39,989 nucleotides of DNA, from the NCBI GenBank assembly GCA_002325785.1, contig DCSU01000143.1, forward strand, positions 7,738-47,726. The letters are read 5' to 3'. The translations under genes were made by a program, and so were the position numbers. Below, piece after piece: positions 1 through 7,910 of the stretch. Within the stretch, counting starts at the first letter, position 1, and every line of letters starts with the position of its first letter. Origin of the DNA: Bacteroidales bacterium UBA1458. GTDB lineage: Bacteria > Bacteroidota > Bacteroidia > Bacteroidales > VadinHA17. Below the pieces are notes generated by a model. The model was not told the origin of the DNA. It ran no database searches and saw nothing but the letters and a program-made list of their open reading frames with translations.

Positions 1-588
1 AAAGAGAGTGAACTGGTCATCGATCCTCTCATTCTTCACCCCACCCCTGATCTCTCCTGACTCATGTACGTCGAAGGGTTCAATGGTGATATCATTTACG
101 ATGTTTATTCCCTCCTTGTCACATATCTTGTAGATCGCCTCCTTGGCGCACCAGTGGATATACAGGTGGTAGGTACGGTCTGCCCACCGGCGTGTTATCT
201 TCTCCCTTTTATTCAGGAACTTGGATGCAAAAGCATTGATATTCAGCCGCATATACTCCAGGTCAATCCCTACCCGTTCATTGCGGCTCATGAGAATGGC
301 AGTCAGCTTGTTCGAGTGTGTTATGCTGATGAAGTGAGAGCCATCCTTAATAAAGGGTTTGTTATTTTTGTTATATACTATTCTTGCATCCCTTCCCATC
401 ATCTCTGCAAGCAGCGCACGGACGCTCAGGAACTCCAGCTTCCTTGAGGTGCTGCGGAAGAGATCATATCTTCTTTTATCCTGGGGGCTCATATCAACCA
501 TCTCAAGCAGTGTTGACAGCTCCTCCTCGATCTTCCATACACCGATGACTGTCTCCCTGTTAAGATAGTGTTTGGTAATGCAACCCAT
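1..588 (-). CDS. 4'-phosphopantetheinyl transferase superfamily protein (Sfp-like); C-terminus lies beyond the window edge
   Basis: Not in the ORF track because it is open at the window edge. My reverse-strand translation from ATG (588-586) gives 196 codons with no stop: MGCITKHYLNRETVIGVWKIEEEL...ISITHSNKLTAILMSRNERVGIDLEYM...HWCAKEAIYKI. It carries the PPTase signatures G-I-D-L-E and W-x-x-KEA-x-x-K. The + strand ORFs 64..447 and 359..568 are shadows of this frame. Confidence 0.75.
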   Translation of the reverse strand, partial: MGCITKHYLNRETVIGVWKIEEELSTLLEMVDMSPQDKRRYDLFRSTSRKLEFLSVRALLAEMMGRDARIVYNKNNKPFIKDGSHFISITHSNKLTAILMSRNERVGIDLEYMRLNINAFASKFLNKREKITRRWADRTYHLYIHWCAKEAIYKICDKEGINIVNDITIEPFDVHESGEIRGGVKNERIDDQFTLF

Positions 589-591
589 GGT

Positions 592-1164
592 TTATCTCCA
601 GTTGAGTGTCTCGATGAGATGAATGATGTCTTCCCTGAGGAAGCTGATCACCGGCATGAGCGAGTCTTCGTTGGGTTGAGCCATGAAGTAGAGTGAGCCA
701 CGAAGGTAGTGTCTTGTGCTGTCGGTGACGAAGAACTGTACTGCTGATGCCGTGTTGCCTTTCAGGTCATAAAGGATGCCGTAGACACGGGCTGAGTCAT
801 CTGCCCATACCCTTTCGTCAATGGCATCAGCCCTGATAGTATGCTTGTAGGCGAGCTCACGTGACATCTCGGTGAGTGATGCCAGGTTACCGTCAAGATT
901 GAAATAGGTAAGGTGTACTTTGGCCCTGAAAGACGGAAACTCGAGGTCCATCCAGCATGTGTCGGTGGCTACTGCAGGCCTGAGGTTTATCTTGCCGTAA
1001 TCAGGATATTCAATAGAGTAGGCGCAGGGGGTTTCATACCGGACATAGCTCTTTTCCGGCAGGTCTATTCTGAAATATCCGGCCGGTCTTGGCACTGATG
1101 GCTGCCCGCAGCCGGACATCAGAAGCGCTGTGGTCAGCAGCGCTGCTGCAAAAAAATGTCTCAT
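592..1164 (-). CDS. gldD: gliding motility lipoprotein GldD
   Basis: 190 aa with a lipoprotein signal (LLMSGC). The C-terminal pattern TDSTRHYLRGSLYF..PN.DSL.P...DI.HL.ETL.W is typical of GldD. Its start overlaps the gldE stop by 4 nt (ATGA), matching the known gldE-gldD pairing. Confidence 0.7.
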   Translation of the reverse strand: MRHFFAAALLTTALLMSGCGQPSVPRPAGYFRIDLPEKSYVRYETPCAYSIEYPDYGKINLRPAVATDTCWMDLEFPSFRAKVHLTYFNLDGNLASLTEMSRELAYKHTIRADAIDERVWADDSARVYGILYDLKGNTASAVQFFVTDSTRHYLRGSLYFMAQPNEDSLMPVISFLREDIIHLIETLNWR

Positions 1165-2477
1165 GATCCTTCCCCTTTCTTTTCAACGGTTATCTCCCTG
1201 ATCCGTCTCTTCTCAACGGTCTCAATGGTGAAATCAAATTTACCACTGGAGATCACCCTCCCCTTGACAGGTATCTCTTCCAGGAGCTCCAGCAGGAGAC
1301 CTGCAAGGGTCTCAGCGTCACCCCTTATCTCCTCAAACGGATCATCCTCTGTGCCCGTAATACGGTAGAAGTCGTTGAGAAGAATCTTCCCGTCAAAGAT
1401 CCATTTTCGCTCTCCCGTCAACCTGTAGAGCGGCACCTCTTCGTCAGTCTCATCGGTGATTTCCCCCACAATTTCCTCGAGCACATCTTCAAGTGTAACC
1501 AGGCCGCTTGTGCCTCCGTACTCATCGACGACAATGGCCATGTGTATCTTTTTTGCCTGAAACTCTTTCAGCAGTTCACTGATTTTTTTCGTTTCCGGCA
1601 CTACGTAGGCAGGCCTGATGAGAGACTGCCACCGGAACGTATCGGGCTTGCCCAGGTGGGGCAGAAGGTCTTTGACGAACAGTATGCCCTTTACATGGTC
1701 AAATGAACCGGCATAAACGGGTATACGGGAAAAACCTGATTCAACAGCCTCAGCCATTATTGAATGAAAACTTCGTTTAATGTCTAGCGCTGACACGTCC
1801 ATCCGCGGGCACATGATGGCGCTGACGTTTATGTTTCCGAACCGTACCACCCCCTTGAGCAGGTCCTTGTCATCCTTGATCTCTGAGGAGGTGAGCTCCA
1901 GGGCTACGGATAGATCATTAATGTTGAGTACGTTGTCTCTTGATCTCGATCTTCCCTTAACGAAGAAAGTGGAGTATGAGAGCAGCGATGCCAGGGGCTT
2001 GAACACCTTTGAGGTAAGAGTGAGCGCCGGAGCCATCATAAGAGCAAACTTAAGCTGATAGCGTGATGCCATCACCTTGGGCATGATCTCACAGAACAGA
2101 AGCAGTATGAAGGTAATGACTACAACCTCAATCAAAAAGGAGAGGAGGGGGTTGTTGCTCAGGTCAAAGAGCCTCGAGCTGATGAAGGCGGCAAGGATAA
2201 TAATGGCAATGTTCAGGGTATTATTGGCGACAAGAATTGTACTCAGCAGCCTGTCAGGCTTTGAAAGCAGCTTCAGGGCGGAGGAGGAATTCCTTCTCCT
2301 GTCGTGCTGTATCTTTTCCATGTCATTGGGAGTGAGTGAAAAATAGGCCACCTCTGAACCTGAGATGAATGCAGAGGCAATAATCAGCAGGACCAGGAAA
2401 ATTATCTCCGTGACCAGGGTTGCCGGTGTTCCTGCCAATGCTGACAGTGCAACCACCCCTGAAAGGGAACCTGACAT
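1161..2477 (-). CDS. gldE: gliding motility-associated protein GldE (DUF21/CNNM membrane domain + CBS pair + CorC/HlyC C-terminal domain)
   Basis: Hydrophobic N-terminal half, then a CBS-pair region and a CorC_HlyC-type tail (VVDEYGGTSGLVTLEDVLEEIVGEI). It sits directly upstream of gldD. The ORF-track start at 2489 is TTG, so I prefer the in-frame ATG at 2477. Confidence 0.75.
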   Translation of the reverse strand: MSGSLSGVVALSALAGTPATLVTEIIFLVLLIIASAFISGSEVAYFSLTPNDMEKIQHDRRRNSSSALKLLSKPDRLLSTILVANNTLNIAIIILAAFISSRLFDLSNNPLLSFLIEVVVITFILLLFCEIMPKVMASRYQLKFALMMAPALTLTSKVFKPLASLLSYSTFFVKGRSRSRDNVLNINDLSVALELTSSEIKDDKDLLKGVVRFGNINVSAIMCPRMDVSALDIKRSFHSIMAEAVESGFSRIPVYAGSFDHVKGILFVKDLLPHLGKPDTFRWQSLIRPAYVVPETKKISELLKEFQAKKIHMAIVVDEYGGTSGLVTLEDVLEEIVGEITDETDEEVPLYRLTGERKWIFDGKILLNDFYRITGTEDDPFEEIRGDAETLAGLLLELLEEIPVKGRVISSGKFDFTIETVEKRRIREITVEKKGEGS

Positions 2478-2508
2478 CAGTGTCTCCAAAATAAGTTCGT
2501 TTGGTTAC

Positions 2509-2976
2509 CTAGAAAGGCAGGTCATCAGCTGAGTCACGCGCTGACAGATCTTCATTGGCACTGTCACCGGTGTTTGGCGCCGGCTGAGAAGGAGGAGCAT
2601 AACTGCCACTGCTGTTCTGGTAACCCTGACCCGGCTGGCTCTGGCTGTCTGGCTTGCGTCCGAGAAGCTGGATGACATCAGCCTCAACCTCAACGATATA
2701 TTTCTTATTGCCGTCCCGGTCATCATAGGAGCGGTAGCGCAGTTTACCCTCAATAAGTATCTGCGAGCCTTTCTTGATGTAATTCTCGGAAAGTTCGGCA
2801 AGCCTTCTCCAGGCCACAATATTGTGCCATTCGGTCTGCGTAACCTTGTCTCCTCCCTTGGGAGTGTAGGTCTCACTTGTTGCAAGTGAAAACGATGCCT
2901 TGATGTTATTTTCAAAACGCCGGATCTCCGGATCCTTGCCGACGTTACCTACCAGTATTACTTTGTTGAATGACAT
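2509..2976 (-). CDS. ssb: single-stranded DNA-binding protein
   Basis: MSFNKVILVGNVGKDPE... OB-fold N-terminus, a Gly/Pro/Gln-rich linker and the acidic tail DDLPF. Confidence 0.95.
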   Translation of the reverse strand: MSFNKVILVGNVGKDPEIRRFENNIKASFSLATSETYTPKGGDKVTQTEWHNIVAWRRLAELSENYIKKGSQILIEGKLRYRSYDDRDGNKKYIVEVEADVIQLLGRKPDSQSQPGQGYQNSSGSYAPPSQPAPNTGDSANEDLSARDSADDLPF

Positions 2977-3186
2977 AGCTTTAATAAATTTTCTGTTATT
3001 GGACGGATGTAAAGTTACAAAAAAAATTGTTGAGAGGGTCAGGGCTGGTTATCGGGCTTTGCAACGGGGCCTGTAAGGCGGGGCAAAAAGAGGCTGTTTT
3101 GTCACGCATATTTTATAGGTATCAAAAAATCAGTGTATTCGGAGCGAAAAAAAATTTATATCACTAATAATTGACAAATAATATTT

Positions 3187-3194
3187 TATATTTG
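3187..3194 (+). promoter_or_regulatory. Bacteroidota-type -7 promoter box (TATATTTG) upstream of the HU gene
   Basis: Exact match to TAnnTTTG, 55 nt upstream of ATG 3249. TTGACA lies at 3171-3176. Confidence 0.5.
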
Positions 3195-3248
3195 CACATT
3201 GAAAAAACAGACACCAAAATAATTTGTTGAATTTAAAATTCTTGCAAA

Positions 3249-3536
3249 ATGACAAAAGCAGACATTGTTAACGAAATTGCCAAGAACACTGGAATTGAGA
3301 AAGTGACCGTACAGAAGACTGTTGAGGCTTTTATGGAATCAGTAAAAGACTCTATGGTCACCGGCAATAATGTTTATCTCAGGGGTTTCGGCAGTTTTAT
3401 CGTAAAAAAACGCGCTAAGAAAACAGCCAGGAACATTTCAAAGAATACCACTATTATCATTCCTGCACACAACATCCCGGCTTTCAAACCGGCCAAGACC
3501 TTTATAACCAAAGTGAAATCTCACGTTAAGAAGTAA
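3249..3536 (+). CDS. HU/IHF family DNA-binding protein
   Basis: 95 aa. MTKADIVNEIAKNTGIEKVTVQKTVEAFMESV...GFGSF...R.ARN..T is a typical HU fold sequence. Confidence 0.9.
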   Translation: MTKADIVNEIAKNTGIEKVTVQKTVEAFMESVKDSMVTGNNVYLRGFGSFIVKKRAKKTARNISKNTTIIIPAHNIPAFKPAKTFITKVKSHVKK

Positions 3537-3540
3537 CACA

Positions 3541-3633
3541 ATGCCAAGCGGTAAAAAGAGAAAAAGGCATAAGATGGCTACCCACAAGCGCAAGAAGCGT
3601 TTGCGGAAAGACAGGCATAAGAAGAAGAAATAG
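3541..3633 (+). CDS. 30-aa Lys/Arg-rich micro-protein, candidate bS22/mS38 (AURKAIP1/COX24-like) small ribosomal protein
   Basis: Not in the ORF track. An ATG 4 nt after the HU stop encodes MPSGKKRKRHKMATHKRKKRLRKDRHKKKK*, of which 21/30 residues are K/R/H. The hairpin at 3663..3693 follows it. Confidence 0.55.
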   Translation: MPSGKKRKRHKMATHKRKKRLRKDRHKKKK

Positions 3634-3662
3634 CGTAAAATGCATAGTCTGTACTTTGAAAC

Positions 3663-3702
3663 CTAACCTAAAGATCAGTAATCTTTAGGTTAGTTGCATT
3701 TT
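3663..3702 (+). terminator. hairpin after the HU/micro-ORF pair, in the rng 5' region
   Basis: 13-bp perfect stem CTAACCTAAAGAT (3663-3675) / ATCTTTAGGTTAG (3681-3693) with loop CAGTA. An outer 8-bp helix AAAATGCA (3637-3644) / TGCATTTT (3695-3702) encloses it. The downstream sequence is T-rich. Confidence 0.4.
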
Positions 3703-3738
3703 GAAAAGGACTAGAAGCGAATTAACAAATTCCGGAAT

Positions 3739-5295
3739 GTGAGTAAGGATTTAATAATCAGCGTCAACGATTCTGAGATATCCATAGCACTTCTTGAGGA
3801 CAAGCAACTTGTTGAGTTAAATAAGGAAAAGCGGAATGTAAAATTCTCTGTCGGCGACATTTACCTGGGAAAGGTAAAGAAGATTATGCCGGGATTGAAT
3901 GCAGCGTTTATCAACGTTGGTTTCGAAAAAGATGCTTTCCTGCACTATCTTGATCTGGGAGCCCAGTTCAGGACCCTTCACCGCTGTTATATTCAGGCCA
4001 CACAGGGCAAGCTGAAGATGACGCCGCTGTCAAAGTTCAAACCTGAACCTGACATCGATAAGGAGGGCAAGATATCTGATGTTCTGACAACAGGACAGAC
4101 GGTTATTGTGCAGATAACAAAGGAACCCATCTCCACCAAGGGACCGCGGCTGGCATCAGAAGTAAGCATTGCAGGGCGAAACCTGGTGCTGATGCCCTTC
4201 GCAGACAAGGTCTCCGTCTCATCGAAGATAGAGAACCCCGATGAACGCAACCGCCTCAAACTGCTCATACAGAGCATTAAACCCAAGAACTACGGCGTCA
4301 TAGTACGTACCGTGGCCGAAGGGAAAAAAGTTGCAGCCCTCGATGCAGAGCTCAAGGAGCTATTAAACCGTTGGGAAACAGCGTTCGGTTCAATCCGCAA
4401 GGACATCAAGCAGCCACGGCTGTTGCTGGGCGAGATGAACCGCACCACAACGATCCTCAGGGATATTCTCAGTACCGACTTCAGCAACATCATCGTTGAT
4501 GATGAGATGATAGCCGGCGAAGTAAGAAGCTACATCAGGGAGATAGCCCCTGAAAAGGAAAAAATAGTAAAGGTTTACAAGGAGCAATACCCCATCTTCG
4601 ATCAGTTCGGCGTAAGCCGTCAGATTAAGGGGCTCTTTGGACGCACCATCTCATTCAAGGGTGGCTCATACCTTATTATAGAACATACTGAAGCACTGCA
4701 CGTCGTAGATGTCAACAGCGGCAACAGATCAAAATCGGGCTCTGACCAGGAGTCAAACGCCCTCTCCGTCAATCTCGAGGCAGCAAGGGAGATAGCCAGG
4801 CAGCTTCGACTGAGAGATATGGGTGGCATCATTGTCATAGACTTCATAGACCTGCAGTCGAATGAAAACCGTCAGTCCCTCTTTGACAAGATGAAGGAGC
4901 TGATGAGTGATGACAGAGCCAAACACAACATTCTTCCCCTGAGTAAATTCGGACTGATGCAGATTACCCGCCAGAGAGTGAGGCCCGAGATGACCATCAT
5001 CACTGACGAAAAATGTCCGGTATGCAGGGGAGAGGGCAAAACGGCATCGACCATTCTCCTCACTGATGAGATGGAACGGACGCTGACAACCATAATTGAG
5101 AAGGTGAAGACCCGGAAGTTCCTGTTGCGAACCCATCCGTACGTGGCTGCCTATCTCAAGGAGGGATTGTTCTCAATGATCGGCAAGATCAACAAGAAGT
5201 TCGGCGTAAGCATTAAGGTTCAGGCAATCGAATCATATCATTTCCTGCAGTACGGCTTCTTTGACCGTGACGGGAATGAGATTGATCTAACCTAG
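3739..5295 (+). CDS. rng: Rne/Rng family ribonuclease (RNase G-like)
   Basis: 518 aa with an S1 domain (GDIYLGKVKKIMPGLNAAFINVG), the catalytic core HVVDVNSG...IIVIDFID and a CPVCRGEG zinc-link-like motif. GTG start. Confidence 0.9.
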   Translation: MSKDLIISVNDSEISIALLEDKQLVELNKEKRNVKFSVGDIYLGKVKKIMPGLNAAFINVGFEKDAFLHYLDLGAQFRTLHRCYIQATQGKLKMTPLSKFKPEPDIDKEGKISDVLTTGQTVIVQITKEPISTKGPRLASEVSIAGRNLVLMPFADKVSVSSKIENPDERNRLKLLIQSIKPKNYGVIVRTVAEGKKVAALDAELKELLNRWETAFGSIRKDIKQPRLLLGEMNRTTTILRDILSTDFSNIIVDDEMIAGEVRSYIREIAPEKEKIVKVYKEQYPIFDQFGVSRQIKGLFGRTISFKGGSYLIIEHTEALHVVDVNSGNRSKSGSDQESNALSVNLEAAREIARQLRLRDMGGIIVIDFIDLQSNENRQSLFDKMKELMSDDRAKHNILPLSKFGLMQITRQRVRPEMTIITDEKCPVCRGEGKTASTILLTDEMERTLTTIIEKVKTRKFLLRTHPYVAAYLKEGLFSMIGKINKKFGVSIKVQAIESYHFLQYGFFDRDGNEIDLT

Positions 5296-5310
5296 TATTG
5301 CTTAATGAAT

Positions 5311-5350
5311 AAACAACAAGAGGCGCATCATCATGCGCCTCTTGTTGTTT
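5311..5350. terminator. bidirectional intrinsic terminator between convergent rng and the DUF4097 gene
   Basis: Perfect 18-bp stem AAACAACAAGAGGCGCAT (5311-5328) / ATGCGCCTCTTGTTGTTT (5333-5350) with a 4-nt loop. Both flanks are A/T-rich. Confidence 0.8.
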
Positions 5351-5388
5351 TATTAAATTATCCGCTCTGGTTGTACGGATGACGAGAT

Positions 5389-6480
5389 TTATTTCTGCAG
5401 CAGCCGTACTTCGCCTCTTGTGGCTTCAATCCTTATCTCTGAACGGCGTGAACCGCTGCCAACAGAGGCCCTGGTGAGATATATTTTATCCTGGGCGCTT
5501 ATCTCGGTACGTTCAGGCTCCGATTTGATGCCCGGCAGTGATACAAAGGCGTTTGTATGCCTGATCTCAAGATCGTATGTGGCCTGCTCAGCCAGCACCA
5601 GGTCAATATCAGTATAAGAGGAGTTCAAATCCACCAGCGAAAATCCCGGATCAATATTTCCGAAAGAGAGGTTGCCATATTTTGCTGTCATGCTTATCTC
5701 CCCTTCCAGGCTGCCGGCAAGGATATCGCTGAAGTAGCTGGCGCCGGTGATAACCCCTGCGGTGCCAATATTTATGTCATCACGCTTTGAGTCGAGGTCA
5801 AGCGTTCCGCATTTATCGATCCATACCTTTGATGATACGGAGGTCAGTTTGATCTTTCCCGTCTCCCTGGCCCTCAATTCACTGAAAGAGAGCGTCAGTT
5901 TACCCTGGTCAATGCTTTTCACATTCGCCTTGCAGAATGTAAGCTCCATCAGTTGCGCATTACGTACAGCTGCGGCATCAAGAGTGCCGTTTGACAGAAC
6001 AAGTGTAAGTTCAGGCGTCTCGTCGCCGATGTAAACATCACCGTAGCTGTTTGTGACCCTCAGCACAGTCAGAGGGGGGCATTCGATGAAGTAGTCTATT
6101 TTCAGCCTTGAATCAAAGTTTATCAGGTTTTTTGTGAGTCCCTTGACACTCTCAAAGAGAGGGGTGATACCCTTTGCAAATGAGGTGTGAGCCCTGACAG
6201 TCTCATTTGTCATTGTGAGGCTTATCTCCACATCGGACATCATTGCATCAAGCCTCTCGCCGGTATTGGAGGAGGCGGTGACCTCCGCCGTGACGGTGAT
6301 TGAGTCACCGCGTGAATGGCTGATATGTATGTCTCCGTATTTGTTTGTCACCTCAAGGATGGCATCGCTGCCAACACTGAACGATTTTCTGAGGGTCTTG
6401 CTGTCAGTGTAGTTCTGCCCGTAGAGGCTGATGCTCAGCGGCAGCATGACCATGATGATGAAATGGAATCTATAATTCAT
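5389..6480 (-). CDS. secreted DUF4097-like beta-strand repeat protein (putative adhesin-type), third gene of the ECF sigma operon
   Basis: Signal peptide MNYRFHFIIMVMLPLSISLYGQ, then repeated motifs such as YGDIHI..S, YGDVYIG and YGNLSFG. Its start overlaps the anti-sigma stop by 11 nt. Confidence 0.6.
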   Translation of the reverse strand: MNYRFHFIIMVMLPLSISLYGQNYTDSKTLRKSFSVGSDAILEVTNKYGDIHISHSRGDSITVTAEVTASSNTGERLDAMMSDVEISLTMTNETVRAHTSFAKGITPLFESVKGLTKNLINFDSRLKIDYFIECPPLTVLRVTNSYGDVYIGDETPELTLVLSNGTLDAAAVRNAQLMELTFCKANVKSIDQGKLTLSFSELRARETGKIKLTSVSSKVWIDKCGTLDLDSKRDDINIGTAGVITGASYFSDILAGSLEGEISMTAKYGNLSFGNIDPGFSLVDLNSSYTDIDLVLAEQATYDLEIRHTNAFVSLPGIKSEPERTEISAQDKIYLTRASVGSGSRRSEIRIEATRGEVRLLQK

Positions 6481-6994
6481 TTTCTATTGTTTTTTCCGGT
6501 CCCTTATCATTCTCCTTCATTAGCTGAAGCATCTCTTCCAGAAGTTCAATGCGAAGCCTGTAGTTTCCTATCAGTGCCTCCAGCACCTCGCTGCTGGCAA
6601 TATTGTCATTGAGATCTTTAATGATCTCTGCCGAAAGACTGTCAAGCACATCCATCCCCAGCCTGAGCTCGGTGTCAATATCCGGGTTGGCGGTGAGGAG
6701 CGGCTCCGCCTCCTCGAAGAGTATCTTTATCTGGCTGTCATAATAATAATAGGTCTCCCTGACTGCCGCAACCTGCGGATCAGTAATCCTCTCCCGGAAC
6801 CTGATGACACTGAAGACGGCCAGCATTGTTGTGCCGGCAATAACAACCGCAACGGCTGCACGCCAGAGCATTTCCCTGAGGCGTATCTCCCTCCCTGGAA
6901 GACCCTTTTTGATCCTGTTCCACAGTGAGGGATCAGGCTCATGGATATCCATCTCCTCCCTGTGATCTCTTATATGTCTTTCAAGTTCATCCAT
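6470..6994 (-). CDS. putative anti-sigma factor (single-pass membrane protein)
   Basis: 174 aa with one TM helix (WRAAVAVVIAGTTMLAVFSVI). It overlaps the upstream ECF sigma gene by 8 nt. The call rests on position and topology only. Confidence 0.55.
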   Translation of the reverse strand: MDELERHIRDHREEMDIHEPDPSLWNRIKKGLPGREIRLREMLWRAAVAVVIAGTTMLAVFSVIRFRERITDPQVAAVRETYYYYDSQIKILFEEAEPLLTANPDIDTELRLGMDVLDSLSAEIIKDLNDNIASSEVLEALIGNYRLRIELLEEMLQLMKENDKGPEKTIENEL

Positions 6995-7541
6995 CTCTGT
7001 GCATTGATGATATTATCTTTTTAAGTTTATCCTTGCCCCTTGAATACTGTGTTTTGGATGTCGACTCCGATATCCCGAGTATCTGGGAAATCTCGGCGTG
7101 GTCATATCCCTCCAGGAGATAAAGGCTGAGCACCACCCTGTAACCGTCGGGGAGCTTCTCCACCGCCCTGGCTATCACTGACATGTCAGGCCAGGGCATC
7201 TCTCCCGGCTGCTCCTCCTGCATCTCATGAAGGCTGTAGTCGCTGACGAGAACCAACTCGGCTTCCCTTTTTCGCAGCCTGCTTATGCACCTGTTTATCA
7301 CTATCGTTTTGAGCCATGCACCAAAGGTCGAATCCATCCGGTATGACCCTATGTTCCTGAAGCAGTCGGTGAAGGCCTCCTGTAGCATGTCTTCAGCCTC
7401 CTCGCGGTTGCCTGTAATGCGGTATGCCGTGTTGAACATCGCTTTTGAATAGAGTTCATACAGCCTGAACTGTGCTTTCCGGTTCCCCCTGCGGCACTCG
7501 TTTATCAGATTATCATGTATGTGCAAATCCGGCGTTGGCAA
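6987..7541 (-). CDS. RNA polymerase ECF-type sigma-70 factor
   Basis: 184 aa. Region 2 (FRLYELYSKAMFNTAYRITGNREEAEDMLQEAF...WLKTIVINRCI) and region 4 (LPDGYRVVLSLYLLEGYDHAEISQILGISESTSKTQYSRGK) are present. TTG start at 7541. Confidence 0.9.
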   Translation of the reverse strand: MPTPDLHIHDNLINECRRGNRKAQFRLYELYSKAMFNTAYRITGNREEAEDMLQEAFTDCFRNIGSYRMDSTFGAWLKTIVINRCISRLRKREAELVLVSDYSLHEMQEEQPGEMPWPDMSVIARAVEKLPDGYRVVLSLYLLEGYDHAEISQILGISESTSKTQYSRGKDKLKKIISSMHRDG

Positions 7542-7570
7542 TTTTCAGGTGATATTTACAAATGACGCAA

Positions 7571-7578
7571 CAAATTTA
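7571..7578 (-). promoter_or_regulatory. -7 promoter box (TAAATTTG on the minus strand) for the ECF sigma operon
   Basis: The reverse complement of CAAATTTA matches TAnnTTTG. It lies about 30 nt upstream of the sigma start. Confidence 0.45.
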
Positions 7579-7659
7579 CGTTAGTTGCATCAATCAGGTG
7601 ATCATATCAGGCACTCTCTATTTTACCTTTAAAAAGTTACAACGAGGGAACATTTTTAT

Positions 7660-7667
7660 TATATTTG
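7660..7667 (+). promoter_or_regulatory. -7 promoter box (TATATTTG) with no adjacent ORF
   Basis: Exact TAnnTTTG match, the same octamer as at the HU, rplY and DUF6089 promoters. It points toward the terminator at 7770..7799. Confidence 0.45.
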
Positions 7668-7671
7668 CATG

Positions 7672-7799
7672 AGGTTGAAGATGAAGTAAGTTATTATACA
7701 TACAGAGTCGTGAGACTTTAAAGATGCTTTTTACTGTCCAAAAGCAATTTTTCCATTCTTTTCATGGCTGCCCCCGACTTCATCGGGGGCTTTTTTTTT
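7672..7799 (+). ncRNA. candidate ~125-nt small RNA or attenuator leader (promoter box to intrinsic terminator)
   Basis: Bounded by the -7 box at 7660-7667 and the terminator at 7770-7799. It holds no plausible ORF: only MRLKMK* abutting the promoter box, and a 33-codon frame that reads through the terminator. The 5' end is inferred, not observed. Confidence 0.35.
7770..7799 (+). terminator. strong rho-independent terminator with no upstream + strand gene
   Basis: Stem GCCCCCGA (7770-7777) / TCGGGGGC (7783-7790), loop CTTCA, then nine T residues (7791-7799). The T tract is on the + strand only. Confidence 0.8.
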
Positions 7800-7910
7800 A
7801 TGGGCAAGCTGTCATATTATTTAACCTTTTTTAATTTTTCTCCCCACCCGGCATGATGACAATCAGTTTGTGATATCCGTATATTAGCGGAGACAACAAA
7901 ACTGATCATC

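Noticed and set aside
64-568. The + strand ORFs 64..447 (127 aa) and 359..568 (69 aa) from the ORF track.
   Set aside because: The opposite strand carries an uninterrupted frame with clear PPTase motifs. The + strand translations are low-complexity with no recognisable motifs, so they are shadow ORFs.
3020-3115. A GC-richer patch (GAGGGTCAGGGCTGGTTATCGGGCTTTGCAACGGGGCCTGTAAGGCGGGGC...) in the AT-rich ssb/HU divergent spacer, considered as an sRNA or gene remnant.
   Set aside because: I found no convincing stem-loops, promoter box, terminator or open frame on either strand. There is not enough evidence to call anything.
7669-7689. Mini-ORF MRLKMK* as a possible leader peptide for an attenuator.
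   Set aside because: Its ATG starts 2 nt after the -7 box, so it is probably upstream of, or at, the transcription start. Six codons with no distinctive amino-acid bias give no support.
7724-7825. A 33-codon ORF (MLFTVQKQFFHSFHGCPRLHRGLFFYGQAVILFN*) in the orphan transcript region.
   Set aside because: It reads straight through the terminator stem and the T9 tract and stops beyond them, so a terminated transcript could not encode it.
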